DNA of 63,646 bases, filler included, from Octopus bimaculoides (GCF_001194135.2; 5 parts of 5 records of this genome joined end to end with filler, not necessarily neighbours in it); one strand, 5' to 3'; counted from the first letter of the whole stretch, positions 37,126 to 51,006 are shown. Program-made: numbers and translations. The notes: generated by a model from the sequence alone, not told the origin.

Positions 37126-40100
37126 ATTTTTTTAAAAAAAGAGTGCAAGAAAAGGAAATGTTCCATATAGTAAGGCAAAAATGTTGTGTTTAGTATAAGT
37201 ATTGAAAGCTAAGATGAAATAATTGCTATTCCTTCATCTGTTCGCCCTCGACTCATGCTCAGTTTGATAACAACAGCCTGTGCATCGGTCTTTATCTGGG
37301 GTCTTGGCCTCCAGATCTGTGAGACCCACAAATGCCGCTGTTAGAATCGGTTTAACATCCATAGTGACCCTAATGACTAAAAAGATTTTCCTGCCCCTAT
37401 ATAGGATCTTTTTTCATTTTCTTCCAGCTACTTGAAGGTTTATCTTGCTCCTGTCCACTCAGCTGGCCAAAATGAGTTGTAGCTGTAATTGAAAGGGGCC
37501 AGCCATGTCATATTCTGTGTGAGGCTGAAGCTCCCTGAGAACTACGTTAATGGTATGCCTGACTCAGCCACTTGCGAGTTAATTTTTTCCTCGTGTGGTA
37601 ATAAAAAAGGAAATTGACATCCAGTATTTGCTGTAGTTATTTGTCTTTGATTTAACAATGTCAATGCATCAACTTTTCTTTCGGACTATGTATCTACTGT
37701 CTCTTTCATTTCCTTTGTGTCCCTTGTCTCTCTTGCTTTTAATTTAACAGTGTGTGTATGTATCTATGTATCTACTTTTCTTGCAATGTGATAAACATTT
37801 GAAAACACAAAACAAACGCCCACTCACAGTCTCTCTCTCTCACTCCTCTCTTTCACTCTCATTCTCTCTCTGAAACATTTAAAAACACAAAAACGAATGC
37901 CCTCTCTCTTTCTCTCCTGCTTCCTATCTGTCCTCCTCTCTCTCGCTTTGCCACTCACTTCTTCCTTTGAAGTAAGTGTGACACCACATATGTACAAAAA
38001 CCAAAAAACTAAGCCTATTAATATTATTGATTGAAGTAACTTTGTCATTATTAAGTTAGCATAGACCAACAGAATTTTGGAACATAAATTAACGTCAAAT
38101 TTTGATTGAAGGTTTTTATTTGATCACCATAAAACAGGAATTTGTGTCATTAGACCCAGAGTCAGCCTTTATGTGGATTGGGACCAAAAATGTTATTCAC
38201 TAGAGCTGAGCTACTGTTGTTTTTATTTCCTGTTTTTATTGAAACACTAGTGAGGTCGCCATGTAACACATGCAACACAAAACAAAGAAAATGTCTCCCC
38301 ACAGTGACTGTTGTGGTAAAGTAGGAGGTCGTTTTATGTCAGGTGGTGAGAGGGACAGGCACAGGTGTCTTGTACAGTATTGTGTAAATGAGGATTTACA
38401 GTTGTATATCTCCACATTTCTTTGAGTGTCCTCATTAAATTAATTTATTTTATTGATGAGTAAATAATTGTTTTAATTTAGGTTTACAATCTTAAGAATA
38501 TAATTCAATCAATGTTAACGATATTCATCTAAATTACTTTATAAATCATCTGTCACTGGTCCCTTGATCCTTTCTGTTGATACTTTTATAATTTTTTTAT
38601 TTCTTGTTCTAAAAAAATCAAATAATGATTAATTAATTGATTGTCGTTTATGATAGCATAAAAATATTTGAACTGTATGCTATAAAAAATCTTTTTTTAA
38701 AAGAGTAAATTTTTTTTTGATCAATAAAATAAATTGTAATTAAATATAATTGATTGCTTTAGAGTTTCTAAACAGTATACTTAAAAAAAAAGATATTTTT
38801 CATCTGTTAATAAAATACAATTAATTAAAATAGATGATGTAAATTTATTAGAAAGTTGTAAAATCTTGTGTGCCCATGAAAGTTAACCATTCCTTTCTCA
38901 CCCTTCAGTTGCGACTATTGAAATTTTTTGTGACTGTACAATATGAAAGTTGATAGACAATGAATACTTTTTAAGAAGCTAACTGGAGATTGAATAGTCT
39001 AATTGTATTTCTGAAGTGATGGTTTATAAACCCATTGTTAATTTAACCTGTTTGTTACCAGGGTTTGTCTCAGGCAGTTTTGTATCAAAAGGGTTTAAAA
39101 ATAAACATTTGCTGAGATGAATTGATGTAATATGACGAAGTGTGTCTATGTGTATGTATGCACAGACACTGGATCTGGTTGGTTATGTTTGTTCAATTAA
39201 AACTGTTCAAATTTATGAAATTTTACCTTTGGGCAAGTATTTATTATTCTAATGTAAAGCCTAGTGAGTGGATTTGGTAGACAAAAAGTGAAGTCCATTG
39301 TATGTGTGTGTTTGTTTCCCTGCCCCTCATACACACTTGCAACCCCTACTCACTTACACTCCCCATGTACTTTGAAGTACCACCTAGACACCTCATCACC
39401 ACTGTTTAACTTTTTGCAGCTACTACTAATTCATTTCTTTCTCTCTTTCCTAAATGTGAGTAGCCATGTGGTTCTCTTGCTACAAGATCTTGCTCTGTCC
39501 TTTTCATATCTTCACACTCATATGCTAGCATGAAACCTCCTCCTCAGGTTTTGTATGCTTGTAAGCTGCATACACTAGTACTGGTGGCACAAGAGGTTGG
39601 TATTAGGGAGGGCACCAAGCTGTCAAAGCCTTGCCAAAGTAGACACTGGAGCACGATGCTCATTGACAGGGTCATTGGATCCTGTCAAACTGTCCAGCCT
39701 ACACCAACATGGATGTTAAATGATGATGATATAATCACCATCATTTAACTTCTGTCTTCTATGCTGGTATGGGTTGGACAGTTTGAGAGTCCATTGAGCT
39801 GGAGGACTGTATCCAGCTTCAGTGTCTGCTTTGGCAAGGTTTCTATGGCTGGATGCTCTTCCTAATGCCAACCATTTTATAACATGTACTGGGTGTGTCT
39901 TTCATGACACCAACACTAGTGAGGTTTCTATGCAGCCAGCAAGACTAAGATCCCCTCTGATTGAGTGGGACTACAGTAGAGAGGGAGGGTGACTTTGTGC
40001 TATGAGACGAGAGGTTAAAGTGAGAGAGAAGGGGCCAGAACAGAAGAGATTTGCTATAGGGAAGTAACACAGCTGCTCACATTATAGGATAGGAGTTGAG

Positions 40101-40189
40101 ACTGGTGATGGTGGAGCTGGTAAGAGATAAGAATAGTGGTGAAGAGGTTTTCAAGATAGACCCTCAAGTAATTTATTCATTATTAAATT

Positions 40190-41850
40190 GGTGTTTAGAA
40201 CTTAAATGAACATGGAATTTGATCATCACTGTCTGGTTGAGCTTGCTTGGACATTTTTAGCCTACACATGCCATCCATCTCTGTCTTACATTAATTAAAG
40301 GAGGTCTTCAAGGAGGCATCTTGTGTGTCTGGTGAGTGATCTACGTACGTTGTGCTCGAATGACCTGTTCGAGTATGGTTATGCTTTGGCAGCCATAGTA
40401 GTAGGTCACTTGCCAGCTCTTGTTTAGCTAGCTAGTAGTGTCTCACAAAGTGCAAGTGCCTTTCCCTAACAGTAGTGGAAACAAGCAGGAGACCTCCATA
40501 CAGCTCTTTCTTGGTGTGATGAGTTCTCCAAGATTTAAAACTGCTGCTAACATTTGGGTTAAGTTTCATCTAGCTTGGATTCCAGTTTTTTGGTAAGCAT
40601 CCAGGCTGTTGCTTCATATAAAAGGACTGACTCTACTGTTGTATGGAAAAGTTCCTATTAAGGATGTTTGACAGGGTTGATTTCTAAACAACATCCAGTT
40701 TGCATAGGGCCGACCATGCTTTGGTTGTCTGAGTTTTTACATCCTTTTCAGTTGAGGCTATCTCGGAACTGGGATATGTGAAATCGTCCACTTGATTGGT
40801 GGGCTCCCCACTGATGCTGGTGATAGATCCTTGTTGATTGTGAGCAAGGAATTTGGTTTTACTAGGGTTAACAAGTAGTCCAACATTATGTGCAGCTAAT
40901 TCTAGACTATGAAGTGATTGAGTGGAGAGTTCACTATTGTGTCAGGAGATCAAGGCTAAATCATCAGCATAAGCTACATAGGTTATTTTTGGAGCTTTTC
41001 ATGTGTGTGAAACCGAGGTTGCCTAGATGGTCAAGTAATGTTCTGAGGGGATAATCCAGAATGACCACAAAGAGAAAAGGTGCCAGTGTGTTCCCTGGGA
41101 GTACTCTGGCTCTGATATCAAAGAAACTTGTCTCCATCTGGGGACCTCACCATTGATTTGGAGTTCTTACAGTGCATCATAATTGCAACTGTTGTTTCCT
41201 CAGGGATACCATATGCCAGTAGTATTTTTTTCATTTGACCATGGTGGATAGTCAAAATCCTTCGAGAAATCAACAAACAGTAACACTGCTTCAAGGTTTC
41301 TGGCTTTTCTCCTAGTAGATGAACTGTAAATATTTGTCCAACAGCTGATCTATTTTTTCTGAAGCCATTTTGATTTCTTCTCAAAACTCAATTTCTTGTA
41401 TCCTGTTGAGTAGGAGTGAATTATAAATTTTTTTGCAGTGATGCCTCTGTAATTCTTTATGAGACCCAAATTGCCTTCCTTTGGAAATGGCAGTATGTTA
41501 CCTTTATTGTAGACTGTATTGCAGGAGCCTGAGAGAATTTTGATAGGTTTTAATTTAGATAACTTAAAAACATGAAGTTTGTATCTTAGAATCAGGGACT
41601 GTCTCAGGTAGGTTAAGTGGTGACTGAATAAACCTACATTCAAATGTATATCAGTTGTGATCATCCTGTCTGAATGTCTAGGATTATATTGGCCATTGTT
41701 TTCTTGGTGTGGTTTTGAGGTATTTGGGCTGCTACTTCTAGTATGTCAGGTGATTATATAGAAGTTTTCTTATTGAGTCTTTAATGGTTTACTGCCTGCT
41801 GAACTCAGTAGAGTGAATCCTTGTAAATATCTTGTTCCATCTTCATTCAG
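40190..41850 (-). mobile_element. Decayed RTE-clade LINE reverse-transcriptase region
   Basis: Minus strand: LPFPKEGNLGLIKNYRGIT, RRNQNGFRKNRSAVGQI, LLFVDFSK, KILLAYGIPEET, VRSPDGD, LAPFLFVVILDY, YADD (40960-40971); many frameshifts. Confidence 0.92.
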
Positions 41851-44800
41851 ATTTTGTCCCAATTAACTGATGTTTTAATTAACCAATGATCTAATTTAGA
41901 AAGAATGTATTCTGCTTGGATTTATTGGTCCTTAAAGTACTGTTACTTCATGTAATCTAGCATAAGTAACTACGATTCTGAAAACTTTATGCTCTTGTTT
42001 TATTTCTGTTGAAATAGCACTGCTTTGGTTTCGATTAATTTTGAAAATAATGATTTAGTATAATTTTGTCATTATTAAGCTTGTGTTTGGAACATAAAAT
42101 AAGATGAAATTTTGATAAAAATTTTAAATCACTTTAACTCTTTTGTTACCATATTCTGAATGAAATATACTGTCTTTGGTTGACTGCTGTGGCTGCTACT
42201 GAAGAGGAGAGAATTGCTTTTAGCTTTAAGCTTGTTGAGGAATTTATAATTACATTAAACAGTGAAGAGCATACATATCTTTTCATATAATTTTTCATAT
42301 ATTTATTTCCATGAGATAAAGTTCTTAAATTGTTGGTAGTTGTGAATAGCACTAATTCATCCTCCTTATGGACTTTTCACTATGACATAACTTGAGACTT
42401 GAAATTATCTTTATCTCTTAACTTTTATTTGTTTCAGTCACTAGGTTGCAGCCAAGCTGGGACACCACCTTGAAGAATTTTAGTCAAATGAATCAGCCCT
42501 GTATTTATTTTTTTGAGCCTGGTACTTGTTCTATTGGTGTCTGTTGCCAAACTGCTAAGTTATGGGGCCGTAAATAAACCAACACCCATTGTGAAGCAGT
42601 GCTGGGGGGCAAATGCAGACACAAAGCACAATGACTGAAAAAGATAAGATAAAGATTACATTAGAATATATTATTTAAAAATTGAAATATCATTAGTATG
42701 GTATTGAAAAATCTGTTTTAAATTCTTTGAAAGAATTTCCTGTGTTTTTAGATTTGGTGTGATTTTCCCCATGCTATTATTTTAGTGGGTGATCCTACCA
42801 TTTTTCAGTATAGCTCATCTGACTCTGTGTTCTGGGTTCAAATCCTGCTGAAGCCAACTTTGCCTTGCAAATTTTTGTGGATGATAGAACAAGTACCACT
42901 TAAAGGTGGAGGATTGATACAAGTGAAAGAGCATCAGACTGGATGTTTTTTGGTAATTGTTTCTGGCTCTTTGTCTTCACTCCTACTCTGGTTGGTAGAA
43001 TTAATCTGTTGCATAATCTGACATCACCACCTGTTGCAAGCATTTGGGTCAGGTTTTTTTCAAGAATCTTTGGAAAAGGCTGAAGAGCAACTCTGGAAAT
43101 GACTGTGAAATTCAATCCTTGACTTGCATCATTGTGCGTGCATGCACGCACACATGCTTGCACAAATTCATGCACACACACACACACACACATGTGTGCA
43201 TGTCTGTAGACATGGCTGTATTCATAAAAAGCTTGTTTTCCAGCTGCTTGGTTTCGGATTCTATCCCTCTGCATGGCATCTTGGGCAGGTAACTTCTATT
43301 ATAGCTCTGAGCTGACCTAAGCCTTGTGAGTGGATTTGGTAGATGGAAACTGAAAGAAGCTCATTGTGTGTTAGTGTTAGTGTCTCCTTGCTGTGACATT
43401 GTGTGATAGTTTTAAATGCATCTTTTGTTTCCAATCTTCTGTGAAAACCTAAGTGGTCATGTAAAATTATTACCTTAATTGGGAACAGATGAGGGTTGGT
43501 GACAGGAAGGGCATCAAGTTGTAAAAAAAAAAAAAAAAAATTTGCTGCAAAAGATTCTGCCTGATGCATGTGAGCATGGAAAAGTATGCTTGAAAACAAT
43601 AATGATGTAGACAAAAATGGTGTGTGTGTGTGTGTGTGTGTGTGGATAAGAAGTTCACTTTTTAATCCTGTTCTTGGGTTCAGTTGCACAGAATGGTTTC
43701 TTGGGCAAGTGTCTTCTGCTATAAATGAAGGTTGGCCAGTGCCTTGTCAACAAAATTGATAGACTGACACTGCATGAAACCCTGTTGCACATGTATGTAA
43801 TATGTGTGTGTGTGTGCTTCAGTCTTGTTGTTTCCACTTGTCTCATAAGACTCTCATTAAAAATCAACTTAAGTTTCATGGAGTCTCCTACTCCATTTCA
43901 GTTTGTCGTGTTAGTTTGGTTATTTTTTGTTACAATGAATATTACAAACAGCTGTTTACTAATAAACTTTGAATAATTAATCTGTTGATGAAAATTCTGT
44001 TCTTTCTAATGGTATTTTTTCTTTTATAAAAATCGATTTTTCGCACTAAATTCTAAAGAATTCCCAACTATTTTCTAACTATTTTTTGTTTGTTTAATTA
44101 AGTGTACCTTTTTTGTTAGCATTTATTTTTAATGAACTATGAACTAGAAAAAAAAAATCTAACTCATTATTATTAATTATCTGTTGAATATAATTGACAT
44201 ATACCCAGGTAAACTGAGTCATCCATATTGATAAGATTTCTGCCCTGTAATGTTGATAGAATGTCTTATAGCTTGTATAAGTGTCATTGTGGAACCAATT
44301 CTGATAATGAAGATGGATTGACTAGTGTCAACCAAGATATGCATAGCCACACTCTCACATTATTGAACTAAAGAAATATAGATTATAAAAACACCTGGTA
44401 TCTGATTTAGCATTCATTTATTCATTTTATCTATTTATCTAGTTATTCCTACCCCTTCTCTTATCAATAGAAAACATTAACTTGTTTGTGAAAGAGAAGT
44501 TGCTATTCTTGTTTAATGGGCTTGGCTGAAAAATAGAGGATATATACTGGTTGCAGTTATGATTTGAGGTTCCTTTGACATATGAAATTTGAAGTAAGAC
44601 AAATTGTGGTCATTCATACNNNNNNNNNNNNNNNNNNNNNNNNNNNNNNNNNNNNNNNNNNNNNNNNNNNNNNNNNNNNNNNNNNNNNNNNNNNNNNNNN
44701 NNNNNNNNNNNNNNNNNNNNNNNNNNNNNNNNNNNNNNNNNNNNNNNNNNNNNNNNNNNNNNNNNNNNNNNNNNNNNNNNNNNNNNNNNNNNNNNNNNNN

Positions 44801-45821
44801 NNNNNNNNNNNNNNNNNNNNNNNNNNNNNNNNNNNNNNNNNNNNNNNNNNNNNNNNNNNNNNNNNNNNNNNNNNNNNNNNNNNNNNNNNNNNNNNNNNNN
44901 NNNNNNNNNNNNNNNNNNNNNNNNNNNNNNNNNNNNNNNNNNNNNNNNNNNNNNNNNNNNNNNNNNNNNNNNNNNNNNNNNNNNNNNNNNNNNNNNNNNN
45001 NNNNNNNNNNNNNNNNNNNNNNNNNNNNNNNNNNNNNNNNNNNNNNNNNNNNNNNNNNNNNNNNNNNNNNNNNNNNNNNNNNNNNNNNNNNNNNNNNNNN
45101 NNNNNNNNNNNNNNNNNNNNNNNNNNNNNNNNNNNNNNNNNNNNNNNNNNNNNNNNNNNNNNNNNNNNNNNNNNNNNNNNNNNNNNNNNNNNNNNNNNNN
45201 NNNNNNNNNNNNNNNNNNNNNNNNNNNNNNNNNNNNNNNNNNNNNNNNNNNNNNNNNNNNNNNNNNNNNNNNNNNNNNNNNNNNNNNNNNNNNNNNNNNN
45301 NNNNNNNNNNNNNNNNNNNNNNNNNNNNNNNNNNNNNNNNNNNNNNNNNNNNNNNNNNNNNNNNNNNNTTTTGCTTTTCATCCTTTTGTGAGGGTCAATA
45401 AAATAAAGTGCCAGTCAAGTACTGGGGTTTATATATTCAACTACCCCTTTCCCTCAATTTCAGGCCTTGTGCCTTTAGAGGTGGTAGTGTGATAAGCTTG
45501 TTTTTTTAGTACACATTTCTGTGACCTGACTATCTGATTAAACTGGATTCTAGTGTTCTGTTTGGTCTTTTTTTTCCAAATGTATTTAGAACTAAAATTA
45601 TCCAACACGTCCTTTTTGAAATGCAATAGGATATGGTTCGAAGGACATTTCCTTGTTTCTAGTGTAGATGTTCTTTTCTTAGTTCATTGTGGCAAAGACA
45701 GCCATTAACTTAGCTGATGACTAATTTATACTCTTTCTATGGATAATTAGTAAACTAAGTAAAATTACCATAATAATTAGGAAAAATATGATACATGTTC
45801 GTCATCATCATCATTGTTTAA

Positions 45822-46041
45822 CCATATAGCATTCAGATTGCTCTGTTAAATGCAGTGCTTATTTATTCACAATGTTTTGAATTAATCATGTATTGTCTCA
45901 TAGCTTTGAGATTTTGATGATGTTATTGTCTGTGTTTGGAATGACATTGTAGCATATGTGTGAGAGGCCAAATCTAGTCAATTTGAATGTAAAACAGGAA
46001 GAATATTTGAGCGAGATATGGCCTGATTAAATGCTAAAGGG
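45822..46041. mobile_element. piggyBac-type MITE, copy 1
   Basis: TTAA|ccatatagcatt ... aatgctaaaggg; body is the reverse complement of 46600-46802. Confidence 0.7.
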
Positions 46042-46599
46042 GCAACATCTGCTTTGCATGCTGGCATGGGTTGGACAGTTTGTCAAGACCCTGTGAGCTG
46101 CAGGGCAATGTTGAGCACAAGTGTTAGCATAGGCATGGTTTCTATGGCTGGATGCCCTTCTTAATGCTAACCACTTTACAGTGTGTACTGGGCACCGCTT
46201 TTTGTACCACTGGCACAAGTGAGGTTAGTGAGTGACTTGCAAAACTAAAAAAAAGAATAGGAAAAAGTGAAAACCCCCCTCAACTAAGTGTGTGTGTGTG
46301 TGTGTGGGGGGGTTATTTGAGAAGCATGGAAGGTGGTTTCATGCTAGTCATTGAGAGGCTAAAGAATGATAGAGGGATAGACCCAGTTGTCATGATTTAG
46401 AAGAGATATATGGCTACTCTGCATTATGTAAGGATGGGAGTAGCTGGAAAGAAAATAGATGGTGGTGATGAGATGCCAGGGTATCTCAATATACAAGAAG
46501 CTGAGTATAAGAGAGGACAGTGGATCGGGGATGGGTAGAGAGGGGTAGTTTCATAAGATTGTGAGGGGAAAGTAATGGAAAAAAACCACTCTTCTTTAA

Positions 46600-46802
46600 C
46601 TCTTTGGCATTTAAACTAGCCAATTCTGGCCCAAATATTCTACTTATTTATCTTCAAACTGGCTATATGTGGCCTCTCACACCTAATCCACTATGTCAAA
46701 CAAACCTATCATCAAAATCTCAAAGCTGCAAGATAATGATTAATACAAAACAAATGTGAATAAAAAAGCTTTACATTAGACAATAATCTGAATGCTAAAG
46801 GG
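46600..46802. mobile_element. piggyBac-type MITE, copy 2 (inverted relative to copy 1)
   Basis: TTAA (46596-46599) | ctctttggcatt ... aatgctaaaggg | TTAA (46803-46806). Confidence 0.75.
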
Positions 46803-47111
46803 TTAAGAATGCTGCTTGGTTTACTTGTACCCACTGATTTGCAGTTTATTTACAGGAGAATATATTTATCATCTTTGTTTTAACAATCTACTTCAACATA
46901 CTTGCATAGGTTAGACGATAGTGTGTTGGAGCAGGGTTTTTCTACAGCTTGATGCATTTCCTGTTGCCAACCCCTACTTGTTCCTTGTTTCCAAATGAGG
47001 TAATAATCTCCTGGTCTGTTGAACCACAAACAACCCAGACATGTTTATGTGGAGAATTGGGAACAAACGACACTGTAAGAATAAGCTTTTAGCTTACAAA
47101 GATACATTTTA

Positions 47112-47548
47112 CCTTTTCCTTGTTTCACTCTTCCGATTGAGGCCATACTGGGACACCACCTTTGAAGAATTTTAGTTGAATTAATCAATCCCAGTACTTT
47201 AAAAATTTTTAAGCCTGGTACTTAGTCTATCTGTCTCTTGCTGAACCACTAAGTTACATGGATTTAAACACACCAACATCGGTTGTCAAGTGGTGGTGGG
47301 GGACAGATACAAATACACAGACACACACACATAGATAAATATAATATATATATATATATATTTGTATATATATTATATATGTATTTGACAGGCTTCTTTC
47401 AGTTTCTGCCTATCATATCCACTCACAAGTCTATGGTCAGCCTGAGGCTATAGTAGAAGATACTTGCCTAAGATGTTGTGCAGTGGGATTGAATCTGGAA
47501 GCTTGTGGGTTGGAAACAAACTTCTTACCACACAGCCACACCTGCACC
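47112..47548 (-). mobile_element. SINE family D, CpG-decayed; further fragments near 42425, 43310, 47718, 48505 and 52895
   Basis: Collinear with 25514-25900 but with CG changed to TG/CA. Confidence 0.85.
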
Positions 47549-48683
47549 TTGTGTAACATTTGAAAACATATCAAGAAACTGGGACATGCTTTCATGTAGT
47601 GAAGACATTGCTTACAAGGTAAAAGTACAAACCATCTGCTTGTATTATTTCTTATAACTTGCATTATTCGGATCTTTAAAAAAAATTTAAAGCATTTAGA
47701 CACTCACATGCATATGAGGGGCTTCTTTCAGTTTCCGTTTATGAAAACAAGTTACGAGGCTTTTGTTTGGGGGCTACAGTAGAAAACACTTTACCCAAAG
47801 TGCCTTGTCGTGGAACTGAACCTCAAACCATGCACTTGGAAAGTGAACTTCTTAACCACTTAGCCATGCCAGTGCTTAAAATTCAATGCAAACTAATGAA
47901 AAAGAATTGATAAACATTTTTGTTACTTTATAAAAACATTTGCTAATCCCTCCTTTTTTTTCATTATCAAACTTGAACCAAAGTTCAGAATTAGTTTAGC
48001 AAACGAAATACTGTTTCTTAGGCAATGTTAATTTATGTAAGTTTTTATTTAAAACATTTTTAGTTTGGTTTCCAGTTTTGATTTTGGTGTTTATACGTGA
48101 ACTTGCAGTGACTGTTAGTATTTTGATATTTTCTTAAAAGCAAAACTAAAAAAACATGTTCTTCATGATGATGGTGAACATAGCTGCTTCCTTCCTCAAA
48201 ATTTCTCGAAGCATTCTAATACATTTGTTGAAATCTTTTCTTTCTCTAGTTTACCGTGAAATATTGTATTTTGTCGTCTTATGTTTGATCTTTATGTGAT
48301 TTTCCTGTTATTGTTTTGGATTTCACTTCCTGAAATTTCTTCAACTTTTTTTTTTCTTTCATTCCTGTTTTCCTTCCTCTTAAAGTTTTTGCGTGTGTTT
48401 TTGGTGACATTACTAGGTTAAAACCGGAAATGGTTTTTGTTAAATCTCTATGAGGATTTTATATTTTTAAACTGTTGATTTTTAAAAAAAATTTTATTTT
48501 GTCTTCTTGGCTGTGTGGTTAATTTTGCTTCCCAAGCACATGATTTCTGTTTCAGTCTCACTGTGAGACCTGAGACCAGTATCTTCTTCTATAGCCCTGG
48601 GTGAACTGAAGCCTTGTGAGTAGATTTGGTTGACAGAAACTGAAAGAAACCCATTTGTGTGTGTGTGTGTGTGTATTTATATA

Positions 48684-49785
48684 TCAGGCTGAGTAAAAAG
48701 TAAGCTGGAGTTGATGAACTCTTTGAATGCACTTTCAGCATCGGTTTGATTTTTGAACTCCTCTTGCTGGAAACCATCAGGGTGCTTGAAAAAGTGGTAG
48801 TTGGTCAGAGAAAGGTCTGGGGAATAAGCTGGGTGGGGAAGAACTTCATAGCCAAGTTCCCTCAACTTTCTGGAGCATCATTAGTGAAACGTGTGGTTGA
48901 GCATTGTCATGAAGAATGTTTGGCCCTCTTCTGTTGACCAGTCTGAGATGGAGGAGTAGCAGTTTCTCGTTCATTTTGGCAATTTCATGGCAATGTTTCT
49001 ACAGTAATGGTTTTTCTCAGTTATAAGAAGTTATAGTGGAGGAGTCCAGCAGTACACCAACAAACAGTCACCATAACCTTCCTTTTGAAGAGCTCAGGTT
49101 TAAGGAAAGTTTTTGGTGCTTCATTTTGGTCCGACCACTGCAATGAATGTTTTTTGCTATTATACAGAATCCACTTTTCATTGCAAGTTACGATATGGTC
49201 GAGAAATGGATTGGTCTGGTTATGGAGAAGCAATGAGCAAATTTCATATCTGCACATTTTCTAATTTTCATTCAAATCCTGTGGTACCCATTTGTCGAGT
49301 TTTTTTTATTTTCCGATTGCATGCAAATGGTTGCAGGCAGTTTTCTGGCTAACTTGAAGTTCTTTTGCTAGTTCTTGAGTGGTTTTACGTGAATCTTTCT
49401 CAATGACAGTCTTTAATTGACTGTCATCGATGACAGATGGGCTTCCACTATGCTCATGTTTAAACCATTTTCAAGCTGACCACTCACTGGTCATTTCCTC
49501 ACCAAAAGTTTCGTTGATATCGCGAGCAGTTTCAGCTGCTTTACATCCCTTTTTGAAGTTGAATAGCAAAGTTGCTTGAATATCATGCTTTGATAGTTCC
49601 ATTTCAGATGATAGTAACAACAGTGAAAAAAATATCAATGTTAATCTGTTGATGCATTTGGACAAGTCTATGTCTGTATTATCAGACAATTTCAAAAAAA
49701 TGTTTAAAAAAAAAAAAAAACTCTGCAAAGATCTGGTATAAATTCTCCATGGTTCAAAACATTGCTTACTTTTAACTCAACCTGA
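48684..49785 (-). pseudogene. Hsmar1-like (cecropia-subfamily) mariner with a dead transposase
   Basis: TIRs tcaggctgagtaaaaagtaagc / gcttacttttaactcaacctga (20/22). Fragments MELSKHDIQATLLFNFKKGCKAAETARDINETFG, PFLDHIVTCNEKWILYN, KVMVTVCW, LGYEVLPHPAYSPDLSLTNYHFFK closely follow recalled Hsmar1/SETMAR sequence. Confidence 0.95.
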
Positions 49786-49826
49786 CATATATACATATAT
49801 TACGATATAAACAAGATGCATTTGAA

Positions 49827-49876
49827 TGAGGTACTTAAAGGTGAGGTACTTAAAGGTGAGGTACTTAAAGGTGAGG
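49827..49876. repeat. 15-bp tandem repeat (tgaggtacttaaagg) x3.3
   Basis: Perfect units at 49827, 49842 and 49857. Confidence 0.95.
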
Positions 49877-50127
49877 CACCTAGTTAGGCCAGAATAAAAT
49901 GCACACAACAATAATAGATGAATATCAACCTTGGTACAGAAGTACTGGCTGAATGATATTCGGGTGTGTATGCACTCAATTTGACCCAAATGAGTATATA
50001 ATATGCTCTTGAGCTATTCAGGCATGTACATTTTATGGTGTTAAATCATTACAGCTGTTTTTAATGAATTTTTTAATTGATAAATGAGTACATTATATCA
50101 TTTAAAAAAAAAACGTTTTCTTTATAT

Positions 50128-50168
<41 letters not shown>

Positions 50169-50173
<5 letters not shown>

Positions 50174-51006
50174 TCTGATCAATAAGTATCTAGACTGTTG
50201 CCTGCCATAATAACAAAGCTAAAGCACTCAGAGTGAAGCCACTTGGCAAAGATTGACCTTGAACTCTGCTGTGCATGTGTACTAAGTTTTAATGTTTTGG
50301 CTCACTTCTGTTTACAGCAGTGCTTGGAAGGAAGTTGTGTAGCATGTAATTGTCACATTGACCGTGACAAAGTTGTCATGATGATACCTGCTCAGAGGCT
50401 TACGCAAAGTTGCAGAAAGTGTATGGAGAGGAATGTATGAGCCGCATAGAAGTGGTTCAGGCCAGAAAAAAAATGTCGATATTGACGAACATTCTGTGAG
50501 ACTTGCAACCAGCAGAACTGAGAAAAACATTGCAGATGTGCATGCAGCTGTGAAGAGAAACTGTCGAATCACTATCCGTGAGTTTTCAGAGGATGTAAAA
50601 TTAGTTATGGTTCAGTTCAGTCCATATTACAGATTTGGGTACGAGTTGTGTGTCTACCAAGTTTGTGCCAAAACTGCTTTCAGCTGACCATAAAGACACT
50701 CATGTTTCAGTTGCACAAGATCTTGATTATGTCGAGAACGATGAAAACTTTGTGTAGGCCTCTGAGCAGGTATCACCAAGCTTTTGGCAGATTTTTCGGT
50801 TCAAATTTCTCTGTTATGGTTAATTTGACGTTCACGTTACCTTCCTTCCAAGCACTGCTGTAAACAGTGTAAGTGAACTAGAATGCTAAAACTTTAGTGT
50901 GCAAGCATAGCAGAGTTCAAGGCCAGTCTGTTCCAAGTGGCTTTACTCTGCATGCTTTAGCTTTGTTATTATGGCAACAGTCCAGATAGTTATTGATCAG
51001 ACCACG
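50169..51006 (+). mobile_element. Fold-back mariner derivative with two 5' ends
   Basis: Arms 50169-50411 and 50746-51006 are inverted homologs. The middle encodes HTH-region remnants TSRTEKNIADVHAAVKRNCRITIRE and KFVPKLLSADHK..ENDENF. TA follows the right end. Confidence 0.9.

Noticed and set aside
42146-42352. Exon-like ORFs on both strands
   Set aside because: No usable acceptor in the plus frame; the apparent minus donor lies in the end of a TTAA-type repeat related to 38030-38170.
44359-44367. 9-nt microexon (ttttctttag-like acceptor, TTCAATAAT, gtgaga donor) on the minus strand
   Set aside because: Weak donor context and isolated; expected by chance in AT-rich DNA.
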